This document shows, one piece after another, positions 12,401 through 26,300 of a DNA stretch of 64,000 nucleotides. Location: contig NC_092678.1 in the NCBI RefSeq assembly GCF_964355755.1, forward strand, positions 5,348,422 through 5,412,421. Direction: 5' to 3'. Position 1 is the stretch's first letter. Each line of letters begins with the position of its first letter. The notes under the pieces are model-generated. The model saw only the letters and a list, made by a program, of their open reading frames with translations. It searched no databases and had not been told where the DNA came from. Source of the DNA: Antedon mediterranea (lineage: Eukaryota > Animalia > Echinodermata). Made by a program: the position numbers and the translations under genes.

Positions 12401-15400
12401 TAGTTTTTAAACAAATTGCCAGAGTACGTGTTTAATGCTAATGGTTTTTATTTTATGAATAGGAAACCTCCATTTGAAATAAGACAACTGAACGGGATTA
12501 AAAAATTGATCGAAGGTAATTTTCAACTAACAATACACAATATAAAATATATGTAAATGTGAAACATTATATTACAAATCCAAAGGCAAATTATAGAAAA
12601 TAATGACAATGCTGTGGGTATCAGTGGCTGGATCTCAATGGAGATACAAAAAACAAGGCCATATACATGGCTGAAGTCGCGTGCTCAAGTTAGTGTTTAC
12701 CGACCAACCGACCGACATAGTGAGCTGTATAGTCGCGTTGCACGCGACTAAAAAAGCGAAAAGTAAAACAGCCAGAAAAGTTAGCAGAGCCCTTCATCAG
12801 TGCATTAATTATATGAATTATATGAACTAGATGGCACGCTCGCTTCGCTCGCGTACCATCTAGGGGTGCTCACAGATGGTTCTCGAATACAGTAGAATCC
12901 ACGGACGGGGACTTTTTTGGGACACTAAACAAAAACGGAAGTGTCCCCCTAATTGGGGTATTCAGAAATAGAGACAACAAAACCAATACTGGATTCCATA
13001 AAGGACAATTAATTTATGTGGATTAAAGAAATTAGGGAGAAATGGAAATGTATGTACGGGAATTGGGCGGCACGTGGTGGTGGTGATGGAACCGCAGTAA
13101 TAAAGTTGATTGTATTTATATATTATAAGAACCAAACTAAATAAATAGACCTAGACATTCTGCGAAATGGAAATCGGAAATTCAAGCTCCTATTCAGTGA
13201 AAAATTAAACTGTAGTCTACCTAAATATTTAGGGCAAATCATCGGTTGTGGTGTTGAAATTCCTGTAAACATTTGTGTGAACCAAACTGGGTCGAATTTC
13301 TGTCATGAGTACTGATTTGTTGGCCTGTGATTTATGACGCCTAAGGGATCTATCTAGACTTATTTTTTAGAATAATGTACGTACCTGTCAGATACAATTG
13401 TCTTGTGTCGTATAATAAATAAGTACTGTAATAGTTACTGAAGTTACTATTACAATCTCGTCAATGAAAACACGAAAATGTATATGCACTTACTTATGAA
13501 AACGTATACAGTATTATACTCAGTTATTGAAACAGTAGGTTTAAAAAAGTTTCGTTTGTCTGTAAAATGATGTAATCAAGCTGTTTACACGAGTCTTAAT
13601 TTATAAGCACATCAATAATAAAATAGTTTATCTATCCTGTAATTGGCGAGATTATGGTCGCTGTTGAATGAAATAAAGCCAATCGGTATCATATTTGTAC
13701 AGAAACGTTTTCGCGGCCGAAGGGTGTAATACCTAAATTCGTTGTATTATCGTCAAGAACTAACTGTAACTAAACTTACATAGAAAGTAGGGTATCATAA
13801 ATTTGGCCTTAGCACTCGGGGGAGTGGCTAAGATGAAGTCCGTGGGACTACTAAATATAAATTGTAATGAACCTCGAGGGACATAAATAGGAATATTTCA
13901 TGTTTCATTATCAATGTATAATAAATGGAAACTGTTTACCGATTCAAATAATAGAAATTGGTTTTTAACATTTTCCGAACCTATTGCAAGTTTATTCTCA
14001 AAGGGCCCATATATTTACCTACCGTATGTGTTAAACCAAGGGCTCATAAATTTACCTACAGTACTTGTGTTAAACCAAACTCTGGCAGACTGAGAGATTG
14101 GGATGTTCCATTCATCGCAAATCAATACATTTGTATAATCGTATATTAAATCTATCAAAATAGTATTTTTTAAAGAAAATCGGCCTGTCTTCAACATTAT
14201 GATGGTGTACTCTAGCAATCTATCAAAATAGTATTTTTTAAAGAAAATCGGCCGGTCTTCAACATTATGATGGTGTACTCTAGCTGTTCAACCGGTTTTC
14301 AGCTATTAAAAACAATTATCGTAGGAGGAGATAGGAAAATGCGAAGCCTCCTCGCTATGTAACATTAGGGTTGAGGGATGGGAAAGCGGATAGGTACAAA
14401 GAGGAACAATTTTTAAATATATTCTTTATCCACTGAGTAACGAAATATTTTGTTCATGTTTTATAGGCCTATAAATAATATACCTCTAAATACAGTAGGC
14501 CTAAAACATTTGCGATTTAATACTTTGTTAAAACTGTCACTGTCATAATCGATTGAAATATTAAAGTACATGTCACGATACACCACTACGACGTTTATAT
14601 TTTTGGTAATTATTAATTAATACAAACGTTGAGAAGGAACTGTCAGTATAAAGTTTATTTGTATATCTAACAGTAGAGCCTATCCACAGTCTCAGTAATA
14701 AAGTTTATATTTTTATATTACATCTAACAGTAGGAACATTCACAGTAAGAAATGTTCGATTCAAATGAAAAATAGTTAATAGGTATTTACAGTATTGTCA
14801 AAGTATTGCAAGTTTATTCTCAAAGGGCCCATATATTTACCTACCGTATGTGTTAAACCAAGGGCTCATAAATTTACCTACAGTACTTGTGTTAAACCAA
14901 ACTCTGGCAGACTGAGAGATTGGGATGTTCCATTCATCGCAAATCAATACATTTGTATAATCGTATATTAAATCTATCAAAATAGTATTTTTTAAAGAAA
15001 ATCGGCCTGTCTTCAACATTATGATGGTGTACTCTAGCCGTTCAACCGGTTTTCAGCTATTAAAAACAATTATCGTAGGAGGAGATAGAAAAATGCGAAG
15101 CCTCCTCGCATTTTTTTGGCGGGTATTTTTCAAGATGGACATCCATTAGACAGTGTATACCACGATCGGAAAACACCCCTATTTGGGGCAAATCGTTGAA
15201 CCTAAATTCGTTTTAATCGTCAATAACTAATTATCTAACTCAATTTAATTAGTAAACAGGGTTACATCAGGCGGTTAAAATCAGTACCGAAAGTACGAAC
15301 CAACTTTACATACCATCGAGTGAAAATTCTAGAAGTAAGGCGCGATTTACCGAATTTTGCCCTTACGTAAATTTATATATAGATAAAAATTACTACATAT

Positions 15401-15979
15401 ATCTATTATTCTGGAATTCTATTCTGAAGTAATACGTTTCCAATTTAAGAATCATTTTTAAATGTATTCACAATTTCAGTTTATATTCCATAAAATAGAT
15501 AACAATATAAATTATTTTATGGATAGATGATCACAAAATTGAAGACCAAAGTTTGAAAAAAATATACTACGCGTTATGAACATTCACAACAACTTCATTT
15601 TGAAATACCTCGGACAAAAATCTTTCTTTTTATTTCAGATCATAAACAGTGGTTTCAACTATGTTGGTGTGGTTCAGGGATCCTGTTGATAATTACATTT
15701 GTCGTAGAATTTGTGATCATTTATCGTACTTCTTCAATAGCGGGACCTATAGTTGTTTTAACCATTTCTATACTACTATTTTTAGTTTTTATTATCTTGT
15801 CGTTCATTCTTGGTGGAGATTATGCAAAATGTATCGGTTTTATTGCAACAGTTGTAACCATAATACCAACTTGCTTTGCGTTATATTTCTTGGCGAATGA
15901 GATAGCACGTAATAATAGTAACGAAGGTATAACAACACATTTACCGTCGATGTCTAATGAAACAACTGTGGTTAAGTAA
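9432..15979 (+). CDS. Gene A: tandem-DED-like / GTSQ-repeat linker / 3-TM protein, ~441 aa
   Basis: Exons 9432-9443 (MSAS), 10326-10848, 11169-11447, 11551-11604, 11898-11961, 12463-12515 and 15639-15979 give 1326 nt, open and phase-consistent. DED-like FNDLLYNVS..LKELRFLL..DLFRELETKGYIS is followed by ITPFRKKL..WDFIFRLEK. The last exon has three hydrophobic helices. Confidence 0.8.
9850..10105 (-). mobile_element. LINE 3'-end fragment in gene A intron 1
   Basis: YIPKYRNNIGQHYIRYSGTKLLNYI resembles the C-terminus of CR1/L2-group ORF2. Confidence 0.5.
11166..11400 (+). repeat. Coding 15-bp minisatellite, (GTSQ[P/S]) x15
   Basis: CAGGTACATCGCAG[C/T] tandem units inside exon 3 of gene A. Confidence 0.95.
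12576..12801 (-). mobile_element. Penelope-like repeat fragment, interrupted by a short Helentron-like element
   Basis: Reverse-complement match to 45235-45375 (GAGATCCAGCCACTGATACCCACAGCATTGTCATT; CTGATGAAGGGC). Confidence 0.5.
12652..12754 (+). mobile_element. Short DINE-1/Helentron-like interspersed element
   Basis: AACAAGGCC..GTCGCGTG..(CCGA)n..AGTCGCGT.CACGCGACT hairpin; five related copies in the window. Confidence 0.7.
12827..15383 (-). mobile_element. Non-autonomous Helitron in the last intron of gene A
   Basis: On the minus strand it reads A|TC...hairpin...CTAG|T. Termini and internal blocks are shared with 34834-36382. Internal direct duplication 13982-14357 vs 14804-15108. Confidence 0.8.
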
Positions 15980-17898
15980 CAGCCATAACATTTGTCGTAA
16001 CTCAAATGTAACTAAATAAGATATAATACAAGAATAGATAGTAATTTGTAGGGATAGAAGGTCTACAGAAACAATCAATTACCGATCTTATGTAATGTAA
16101 GTCACTGGATACTGGCACACAAGTATAACATTCACCTTTGTGCACACTCTAACTATCAACAACAATGGTTGGATTGCATTATTTGTTCTTAATATCTCTT
16201 GGTAATAGTAATTGCTGTTTGTTCATGATTTCTTTTTGTGATATTTCATTATGCTTAAAGTAATTATGTTATAAAAAATGTATTTATAGTTTAGTGCGTT
16301 TTGTAGTTTTTATTTTTTATAGGCTTGTAATAAATAATATCAGCTTGCAGTGTACTTTAACTTTGACTACAATAGGCCTAAATGCTTTCTCGAATCAACT
16401 CTGTTGTAAGTAGAAGTGGGTCTATTACTTCTACAAAGGGTAATAAAATAAAAAATAATGATAAAAACCTAAAACCTGCCCCGAAACTACTAGTCCAGCG
16501 TGGGTGGATTAAAATTATACCTTTCAGCAAGAAATATTTATATTGCACTTTAAAAAAGGGATGGTATAGAAACATCTGATAGCTTGATAAAAGATGATTT
16601 TTGTATACAGTTTTGAAAATATTAAAAGATTAAGTAATATTGGACCATTAAGGAAATTCTATTCATATCGGTTATAAAATGGAATGGACCTGGTATCATA
16701 TTTATGTATCCTAGTTATGAAACGAGTCAGTCTAATAATTAGACACATTGGATTACAAGATAATAAATAAGATGGCGTCTAATAAATCTTACTTTGTCCT
16801 TATTTTGTCTTCAGGATCTCTTATCAGTCTATACAAAATGGGGAAACAGAAAAAGTACTTTTCTAATTAAATTTCAAAAAGTTATATTGGCTTTTATGAT
16901 AGTATGAACAACAAAATAGGCTTGGACACGATTTTACGATTTTACAATGCAGTACTGTGCATGCATTGATAACTGTCAATAATAAGGGCAAAAACAAAAA
17001 CTTTAACAAATGTGAAGTAAATTCCTCAAAGACGCCATACTTGTTTTTATGGTAATAATATACTAGTCAAATATAGCCCTATTAATGTGCATAAAAAACA
17101 CCAGCCATAAAGTAAAAGAGGCACAATTATAAACAGTATTGAAAAATAACTATATATTATAAAATACAATATTATTCGTTCATAAAATTAAGTACGTTAT
17201 TATTATTATTATTATTATTATTATTTAAGATTATTATTCTTATTATAATCAGACAATTGAAGAGGGAATGCTCAACATCAAGTACATAAGCTGTTGCACT
17301 ACGTTTCTAAAAAAAAACAAAATCTTAGATGAAAGTGTAACAGACAAATAAGCGTAGTCCCTCTCCTTCACGAAATGGTAGGCCTATTTATGATAATAGC
17401 AATACGACTTTATCAAGAACGGATCACGCGATATCCACAATGTAAAACCCCTGAAGCAACAACACTATCGTACTGTTGTATTCACAATTGTTCAAACTTG
17501 GGTAATGCGTGTCTTTCTATTATATGCATAATATGCATATCAATAACAGTAAACGGTTAACCAATGATCAACTACTTCCTGAAATATATATAGGCCTAAA
17601 AATGAAGCGCCATTCAACGGACGGTATCCTCTTTCTAGAAAATATTTTAGATTTAGGTTTAAAAAAAAAATAATATAGCCTAGTCTAGATAATATAATAA
17701 TAAATAATTTGGACTTATAAAGCGCATAATGTATAATCCTCAATGTGCTACACAATAATAATGGAATAATAATAATGGATAATTGTGGAAATGTCGTCAT
17801 ACAAAACCGTTATCAATTCACCCGTAACAATTACTTACTTTGGTAGCGATCTAGTATGCAAATATCATTGATCGGTAGATAAAGACAAACTGCACAAA

Positions 17899-20800
17899 AT
17901 GTCGGCTTCCGTAAGTATACAGTTTTGTTATTATTTACTATTTGGGCCTACTAATTATATTTGGTGTATAGATTAATCTACAAAACAAAAATATAAAGGT
18001 AAAGGTAAAGGTAAAGGTATTCATATTTGTCCTCAAGCTTAACTGGAAACTGAGGAAATTCGGATTAGGCCCTCACATAAATTATTCATTTGAAATTTGG
18101 GTGGGGCACGTATCTTGGGCGCGTTGGTTCCATTCTTCATTTTTTTGCTGTCGACCTCTTTCCTGTTATTTAACTTCTCCTGGTGAAAAGATCATAACAA
18201 CATTGCATACTACAGATATGTCGATAATTTCTTCAAAAGAAAATAAGATTTAAATAGACAAAATAAAGAAAAACATAATTAAAAACTATTGAATTGAGTT
18301 GATTTTTGTTTTGATAGCAATGTTTTCTATACTAGGCCAATACCATTGTCAATATTGCGCGGTACTCAGATGGGAAGATCACTAAACTTATTTCCTAATT
18401 AATTATTCATGATAAGAAAATAATTCCTAAAAACGATCTCGGTGTAATTGCTAAAGTATATCTTTAATTCACTATTCCAGAACAACTTTGATGACTTGCT
18501 TTTTGATGTAAGCCGTATATACGAAGGATACAAATTGAACGAGCTAAGACTTCTACTGAATAAGCGCTGTGATGGAGCGACGTTAGCTGAAAAACGCAAC
18601 GGAGCACTGAATTGGTTTCGTGAACTCGAAGCCAAAGGTTATATTTCTAAGGAACCTACAGATGTAGAAATTCTGTTGTCGTTGCTAACGAAACAGAAGT
18701 GACTGACGCCGTATCCTTAATAGACGATTATATAAAAAAACATCCAAACAAGAAGGAAAACGTTACGAAGGGCCTACCAATCACACCATTTCGGAAAAGA
18801 CTTCTAAAAGCTGCAAAAGCAAACCAGAGGGATGTACAACTTATGTCTCCTGCCTACAAGAAGCTCCAAAATATAAAATTTGACAATATTTTTGATTTCA
18901 TTTTTAAACTTGAGCAAGGTTGTGAACTGGAGGAGGAGAACCCAGACACAATAACAAAGTTTGCAAAATGTCTGTCAGAAAATGCTTCAAAAATACTTCT
19001 CGGTAAATATTATTTAATGACAAGTAAGAGAACAATAATACAAAAATAGAGTAATAAAAACTTATGGCATTTAGGTATGGAATTGAAATTGATATAGAGA
19101 GTTGGCATAACCAGAATGAACAACAAGTAGAATTGGATACTGAAAAGAACCGGTAGCTATATTACCCAATACTGAAATTAGAAAAATCATTTCCTTGTTA
19201 TTTTGTGATAATTATAATTCATATGATTAATTCAATAGAATAACCATAATATCGTGGGATTGCATTATTATAGGAATCTTTTTAAAAAACAAGGCCAACA
19301 GCCATTAAGTCGCGTGCTAGAATGCATAGTGATACCGGACCGACAGACAGACCGACCGACCGACCGACATAGTAAACTATAGAGTCGCGTCCACGCGACT
19401 AAAAACATGCATTTGATGCAAGTGTATACAATAGTTAAACTTATTGATTCAGGTACATCGGAGCCAGCTACATCGCAGTCAGGTACATCGCAGTCGGGTA
19501 CATCGCAGCCAGGTAGGCCTACGTCTACGGAATCTCCAAATACTACTAGAGACAGAGGCGTAGAAGGTAAAAATAAAAAGTGTCAAATTACCTTGAATTA
19601 CCTTCAAATGTTTTACACAATAATTGCCTTTTAAAATAATTTCTTCAAACTTTCATATTGCTGTAATTTCTTTATTTACTTAAATAAATTAATTTTATTT
19701 AAAAAAATTAATTCTCTTCTCCGTCTCAGAACGTACGTGGCGGAGAAGAAGGTAACATTCGAATACTACTATAGTTTTCAGTCAATAATCCAACCTGCTC
19801 TTATCGGGTCCTTAATATTTATCAGACAATCTTTCTTTAACAAGTTCAAGCGAATTTATTTATATAAACGCTACCTGAAACAATTACCAACAATAATACA
19901 TGGAATAGTTGACCATTGCTTCAATCTTATCGATAATGTGGAAAACAAGGAGATCATTTGAAAACTATGATCTTGATAATATTAAAAACGTCATTCCTAT
20001 TAGGCCTACTGTAATTTTATTGTGATTTATTTAGGCCCCAATTAGTTCAATTAAATTATTCGAAATAATTAATTCAGCCTCAGAATATCTAGTGATTTCT
20101 TCAGTATTACACAATCGTCTGATTTTTTCAAAATTACTTTCTTTAAGACAGTGTATATAATTACACCCTCACCATTAAAATAAATTTCATTTGTCATTTC
20201 AGATGAGCCTGATAACGCAGCTGTTGCCACAAGTACTACACCTATGGTAATACACGATAGGTATAACTAACATAGCATTATGCTATAGTAAACAATTATT
20301 AGGGTAATCCCACACAACTAAACCGTTATATGTTACTTATGTTGCACTTATTTACAGGAGGTTATACAAATTATTATATTAATTAAATAAATCATTATTT
20401 AGGGGGAGACCTACAATACGCGCTATGGTTTGTAAAACCTAAGTTGTCCGAAAGTGAAATTACTACATAGTATTTTCATATCCAGTTGAGCCATATAATA
20501 ATTTTACCATTTCCCACCCTCTAATTTTCAAAATGGATCTATACATCGTAACCAAGTGTTATACTATAGGAACTACTTTATAACATTTGCGCAATTGAAT
20601 CAACATAGAATTTCGCCTTCCTGATGTACGGTCCATAGTCATTTGGTGGATCCAAAGAGTAATTGAGGTTAGCATTGAGCTTAAACAATTGTTGCCTGAT
20701 TACATGGTTAATGACAATGGTTTATATTGTTTATTTCGATTAGGAACACTGAAACAAGCAGACTGAAGAGGATACAGAATTTTACAAAAAGTAATTATCA

Positions 20801-21292
20801 ACTGACAATATTTATATTCGATCTTTAGACTGAATAACAATCAAAAATGACATTGCGTTATGAGCATGACTAATATAAACTTATATATATATATATATAT
20901 TCATCATCATAAAATATATTTTTATATAAATAAATTTATTTATTTTTATTTCAGAAAATAAAAAGCTGTGTGTGTTTATTATTATATGGACACTATTGCT
21001 CCTATGTATTGGCTCGGAATTCGTAATCATTTTTTGTACTTCTTCAATAACGGGATTTTTAGTTGTTTTTATAATTTCTATAATATTACTTGCAATCTCT
21101 ATTTTCTTGTCAATCTGTTTTGGAGAAAAGTTTGAAAAATGTATTACTGCAATTGCAATAATCGGGACTTCAATTCCATTTTTTGTCATACTTTATTTCT
21201 GGGCGATTGAAAAGATAGGAGATAACAGTAATGAAGATATTATAACAACACAGTTACCGTCGATGTCTAATGAAACAACTGCTTTTATTTGA
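17899..21292 (+). pseudogene. Gene B: tandem-DED-like / 3-TM paralog with a 1-nt frameshift in DED1
   Basis: Exons 17899-17910, 18481-19002, 19453-19566, 20203-20260, 20744-20790 and 20955-21292 total 1091 nt. The frame changes at about 18679 (DVEILL | VANETEVTDA). Everything else is intact, so a sequencing error is possible. Confidence 0.7.
19287..19404 (+). mobile_element. Short DINE-1/Helentron-like element
   Basis: Same structure as 12652-12754. It is absent from the paralogous intron position in gene A (~11120), so an empty site is visible. Confidence 0.75.
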
Positions 21293-22219
21293 AGTGGTTA
21301 AATAACATTCTTAATGTTTGTCGTAACTCAAATGTTTCGAACTAAATAAGGTACTATACAGATAGATAGCAATTTATAGAAATAGAGGGTCTACAGCAAC
21401 ATAAACACAACATAAACACAATATTAATGCAAGTCACTGGACATTCTATAAACTATCAACAATAATGGTTGGATTGGCTTATTTGTTCAAAAAATCTCTT
21501 GCAATAGTGATTGCTATGCTTGCTGATTATCTTTTTGTGATATGTTTATTTTGCTTAAAGTAAATAATGGTAAAATTCATTTAGTTTAGTGCGTTTTGTA
21601 GTTTTTTGCCTCACTGTTTTGTTAATAATTAAATGCTTGTAATAGTAATAATAAATCAGCTCGCTTGTGTATTTATTTATTATACTACAAAATACATGCT
21701 TTCAAGAATCAACTCAGTTGCCAGTAGCAGTGGACATATAACTTCTACAAAGGGTAATAAAATAAGGCTAATCATAACAATAAAACTTCTTACCCTAACC
21801 AGCTCTTTTGATTCTTATGGTGGTTTTTAATGAGATTATATTGAAATATGTGTTCAACGTGGGTTGATTAAGGTTATACTTTTCACAAACTAATAAATAA
21901 TATTGTACTTTAAAAAAAGGAACTTAAAGAAACTAGAAATAGCTTATTGATGTAAAATACTGAAACTTAAAAGTAGTGAAAGGTAATGAATATATATATA
22001 CATATATATATATATATACATATATATATAAGTCACAAAATTACATAATAAAACAAATCAACCAATCAAAGATGTTAACAAACAAAAGGCATAGTTATAA
22101 AGGCACGCCTCCAAAAGCTATGGTGTACAAAGCAGGAATGGTTGCTTATAAAGCAGGACATTTAAAACAAAGACAAAAGCTTCAAGTGTAAATAATTGTT
22201 AATATGTGAATGTCTCTGG

Positions 22220-22393
22220 CAAAATTAATGTTTAAAGGATCTAAATTGTACATTTATGCCGGTAGGGGCAAGAGTGCCAAGCTTTACAATTATTCTTTCA
22301 CAAAAACTAATAAGAAAGAATAATTGTAAAGCTTGGCACTCTTGCCCCTACCGGCATAAATGTACAATTTAGATCCTTTAAACATTAATTTTG
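22220..22393. repeat. Perfect 80-bp inverted repeat with 14-nt spacer
   Basis: 22220-22299 is the reverse complement of 22314-22393. Confidence 0.92.
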
Positions 22394-22764
22394 TTGGCAA
22401 AACAAGGGAGTAAATTATCTAAATAATAATAATAATAAGATTTATACAGCGCACACATCCACTAAAGCTCAAAGGCGCTTGTGAAAACCATGAAACATAT
22501 TAACCTTAAACGTAAATACTACTGATAATTTTGACAAAAAAATGAATTAAAAACAAGTAAATATAGAATTTATGAAGTTTTCATATAGGCCAATATAATA
22601 GAAATAATGCATCTTTTATTTAGTGTTAAATCTTACTGTCAAATTAACTACAATGCTAACGAACTATTGTAGTACAGTCTGGGTATGGAAGGTACATACG
22701 ACACGCGTGTGGTAAGTAATAGAGCATTTAGAGCATAAAAGAGAAAAGGAAAGAGGATTCAATT

Positions 22765-22876
22765 TTTTAGTCGAGTGGACGCGACTCTATAGTTCATTAT
22801 GTCGGTCAGTCGGTCTGTCTGTCGGTCCGGTATCACTATGCGTTTTAGCACAGGACTTATGGCTGTTGGCCTTGTT
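22765..22876 (-). mobile_element. Short DINE-1/Helentron-like element
   Basis: Reverse-complement copy of 19287-19404. Confidence 0.72.
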
Positions 22877-23375
22877 AAAAAGAACGTTTGATTTGATTAA
22901 CTAGGCTATTATATAGTTTCAAGATACAGAATAATACAGGACAGGGCCCTGAAGAATTGGAATTATTACAATGAAATTAGCGCCTAAACATATAAAAGAT
23001 TGACGCTACCAACACCCAGCAACAAAACCTATTATAATATCAATAACCTTATGGCCGGTTCAGTGCAACAGTAATCGATGACGCCCACCACTCAACCATA
23101 GACAAATAATATCTTCATTTTAATCATTCAAGGACTGAAATATAACTAATAATAACTAACTAATTAATAGAGAAGATGAGACTAAATTACAAATGTTGCA
23201 ATTAATTTGATATAGGCTTCTAATTCCAATGTTTCCACCATTGGATTACTCAATGTCGTAATACAAACATGCTCATTCATCCATACAATCGTTTTGTATC
23301 GAATACATTAGGCCTTATACATATCATTATCCGATCGACATAAATTGTAAATCAGGCTGCGCATTGACCTTCAAA

Positions 23376-26300
23376 ATGTCGGCAAAACAGGGGAGTAAAT
23401 TATCTACCGTAAGTATACGATTTCGAAGGTTTTTACTTAGTAGTATCTGGTACTAATAACTATGGTGTAAAGTCTATAAACTATCCATTGTAATCTGTTT
23501 GAAGAGATAATTTCTTTGACGGCGGTGAATGCAAATGAATTTGAATTAGTTGCTTCTAGTGAGGGGTAATTACAAAACAAAGATTTGCCATTTGATAGGA
23601 CTACCGTGCCTCTGGGCGACAGTCATATCCGACAGTATTATACTGCAAGTACAGGCCTACTGTATATTTACATAGATGATAATTGCACGCTGATTATTCA
23701 TTCATTACTGATACATCAGGATATTTTTTTCAATTTCATATTTTGTTTACCGTTACAGACAACAGCAAGTCCCGATACATTCAGAAAATTACTTGAAGAC
23801 ATAAGTAATGCATATAGTGGTAAAAAAAGATATTTTTGGTTAAGACTTTTATTAAATGACCACTGTTCAGGAGGTATGTTAAGTAAGCCTGTAGATGGCA
23901 TGACAGGGCTCGATCTGTTTAATGACCTCAAAGATCAGCATTACATTTTTCCTGATCCTACAGATGTCGAGATTCTGTTAGATATTGGTACGGTAACAAA
24001 GCAGGCCTCGGTTGTTGAATTAATAAAAGATTTCAAAGAGAAGTATCCAAATACCGATGCCAACTACAAGTCCAAATGCAAAAAAATATCAACATTTCGC
24101 AAAAACCTTTTCAATGCTGTAAAGTCAAATGGTAATCCTGTAAAAAAAATGCATGCTAGCTACAACGACGAATTAAAAGGAGAAGTGTTTGATGATATTT
24201 GGGATTTTGTGTTCAAGCTGGAAAAGGAAGATTGCTTGACCGAGATTTCTAAGGAAAGATTTGCAAACCTACTCGACGGGAGGGCAAAGAAGATACTTCT
24301 AGATGCAGCGAATGGAAATGCACAAGGTGAATAAGCAGTAATAATCATTCCTTCTATTTGAAATCGTTTGAATTATTACAATAACAATAGGTATAAAAAT
24401 GACCAATACAAACTGTTAAAATAGCAATGCAAGAAAGAGTAGTAAACATGATGCTTTGCATAGGCCTATTAGAAAATGAACATAATTGTCAAATAGACCG
24501 TTTTCAATTTAGATTTAAAAATTGTTTACCTAATTCTCTGTCCTATTAAATATCACATTCATAATATTCGTAATAAAATGTCTTTTTTTTCTGAATATGG
24601 TTCAGACTTTAAAACCTGAAGATGTAATAGAAAATAAGAAACATTCTTGACTTTTTTGTTCTTCTGGTATTATAGTTGAAGAAGAAGCTTCTGAGGTATA
24701 CACACCCTACACACCCGAGTTGGCCAGAGGACAAGGTATTATTATTTATTATCAAAATAATTTCAACCAATTTTAACAATATATCATGACGATGAAGATA
24801 TCAACTTCCATTACTTACAGTTGATTTTCATTTTGTTTTGGAAAACTGTAACTCTAACCATAATGTTCAAAGAAGAGAATTCTCATCCCAAATTAATTAA
24901 TTTATATTCACAATTTACACAGTAAGCAAAATAATTCCCTTTTTTACTTGTATCATACAGTAGTCTACTTTTAATAAATCATAAATAATTGTGGAGTTGT
25001 TGGATCGAAGTAGCGATGACCTTACAACATACGTTTTGTTTTTGTAGTATCCATTAGCCTGATTTCACAAAATCTTAAAGCTCAGGTACAGGCATGAATT
25101 TTAAATATAATATCTGGTTAATTGTACATAAATCAAATATGTGTAACAGAAATCAAGATGAAAAACCATGAATTTCCCCTAATATGGTCAAATACAAAAA
25201 CCAGGAAGACTTTTTTTCAGTAGTTAGGTAGTTAACATAATGTAATAACATGTCTGGTGACTCCCTAGAAGGTGAAAAAAGATGGTGGATATACGGTGGA
25301 TAATTTTTGCTATAGCATGAAAATAAAATTCTGAAGTTGAATAAAAATACCAGAAATGTAAAATTCAAGTTATATTGCCTATATTTAGTCATCTGATAAT
25401 ATTTTTTACCACACCGTTTATTTTTCATAGCTTTTTAAAATGCCTCTCTATTTTCAAAATTTGTGTACAAAAGAATAGATTTTACTGTGTAATTTGAACT
25501 ATCCCCACACTGATATGAAAGTGCTAATTTTCAAAAAACAAATAAAATTCCAAAAATTATGAAACATAGGGGAAACTATAGATCGATAATTATTGGAATG
25601 TATGATCAATAGAAATGTTTTGCCCGCACCTGGCCTTTAACGAGACTGCCAATAAAGTGTAGCTAATATTCCGATTCTCGTGTACCATGTTTGAAAGAAA
25701 GAATGTACAGAATAAATTTTAGGTTGACTTTTTCAGGTGAATATCATCACACAGGAGAAGAAGAAAATAAACGGATGATTGAAGAACCTTCCACATCCCA
25801 GACTGATCCGATAGAAGAAGGTCATATTAAATATCACATTCATAATTAATCGTAATAAAATGCCTTGTTTTTCCGTATTATGAGAAAATTGTTCAGACTT
25901 CAAAACCTTATGATGTGGCAGAAAACAAGAAACATTCTTGCTTTTCTGTCACTGAATAACAATATTTAATATATGTTTTATAGATATAACATATCTAATC
26001 TTAATTTTCAAAGATGAATCTTCTCGTTTAGTTGAACAAGAAGGTTCTGTGGAATCCACACCCGAGTTGGCCAGAGGACAAGGTAATGTTATTTATTATC
26101 AAAATAATTTCCACCAATTTTGAAAATTTATCATGACGATGAAGATATAAATTTCCATGATTTAAATTTGATAGGATAACTATAACCCTTCATAATGTTC
26201 AAAGAAGAAAACTCTCATCCCATATTATAAATAACTTATTCTAGTGACGAGTGCATATCATGTATTGTTTTTCTTGTTTACTTCAGTCATCATCAAAGTT

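Noticed and set aside
2528-15979. Functional link between EMC3 (membrane insertase) and the neighbouring 3-TM genes
   Set aside because: Only divergent adjacency (~1.7 kb between start codons); gene neighbourhood in animals is weak evidence.
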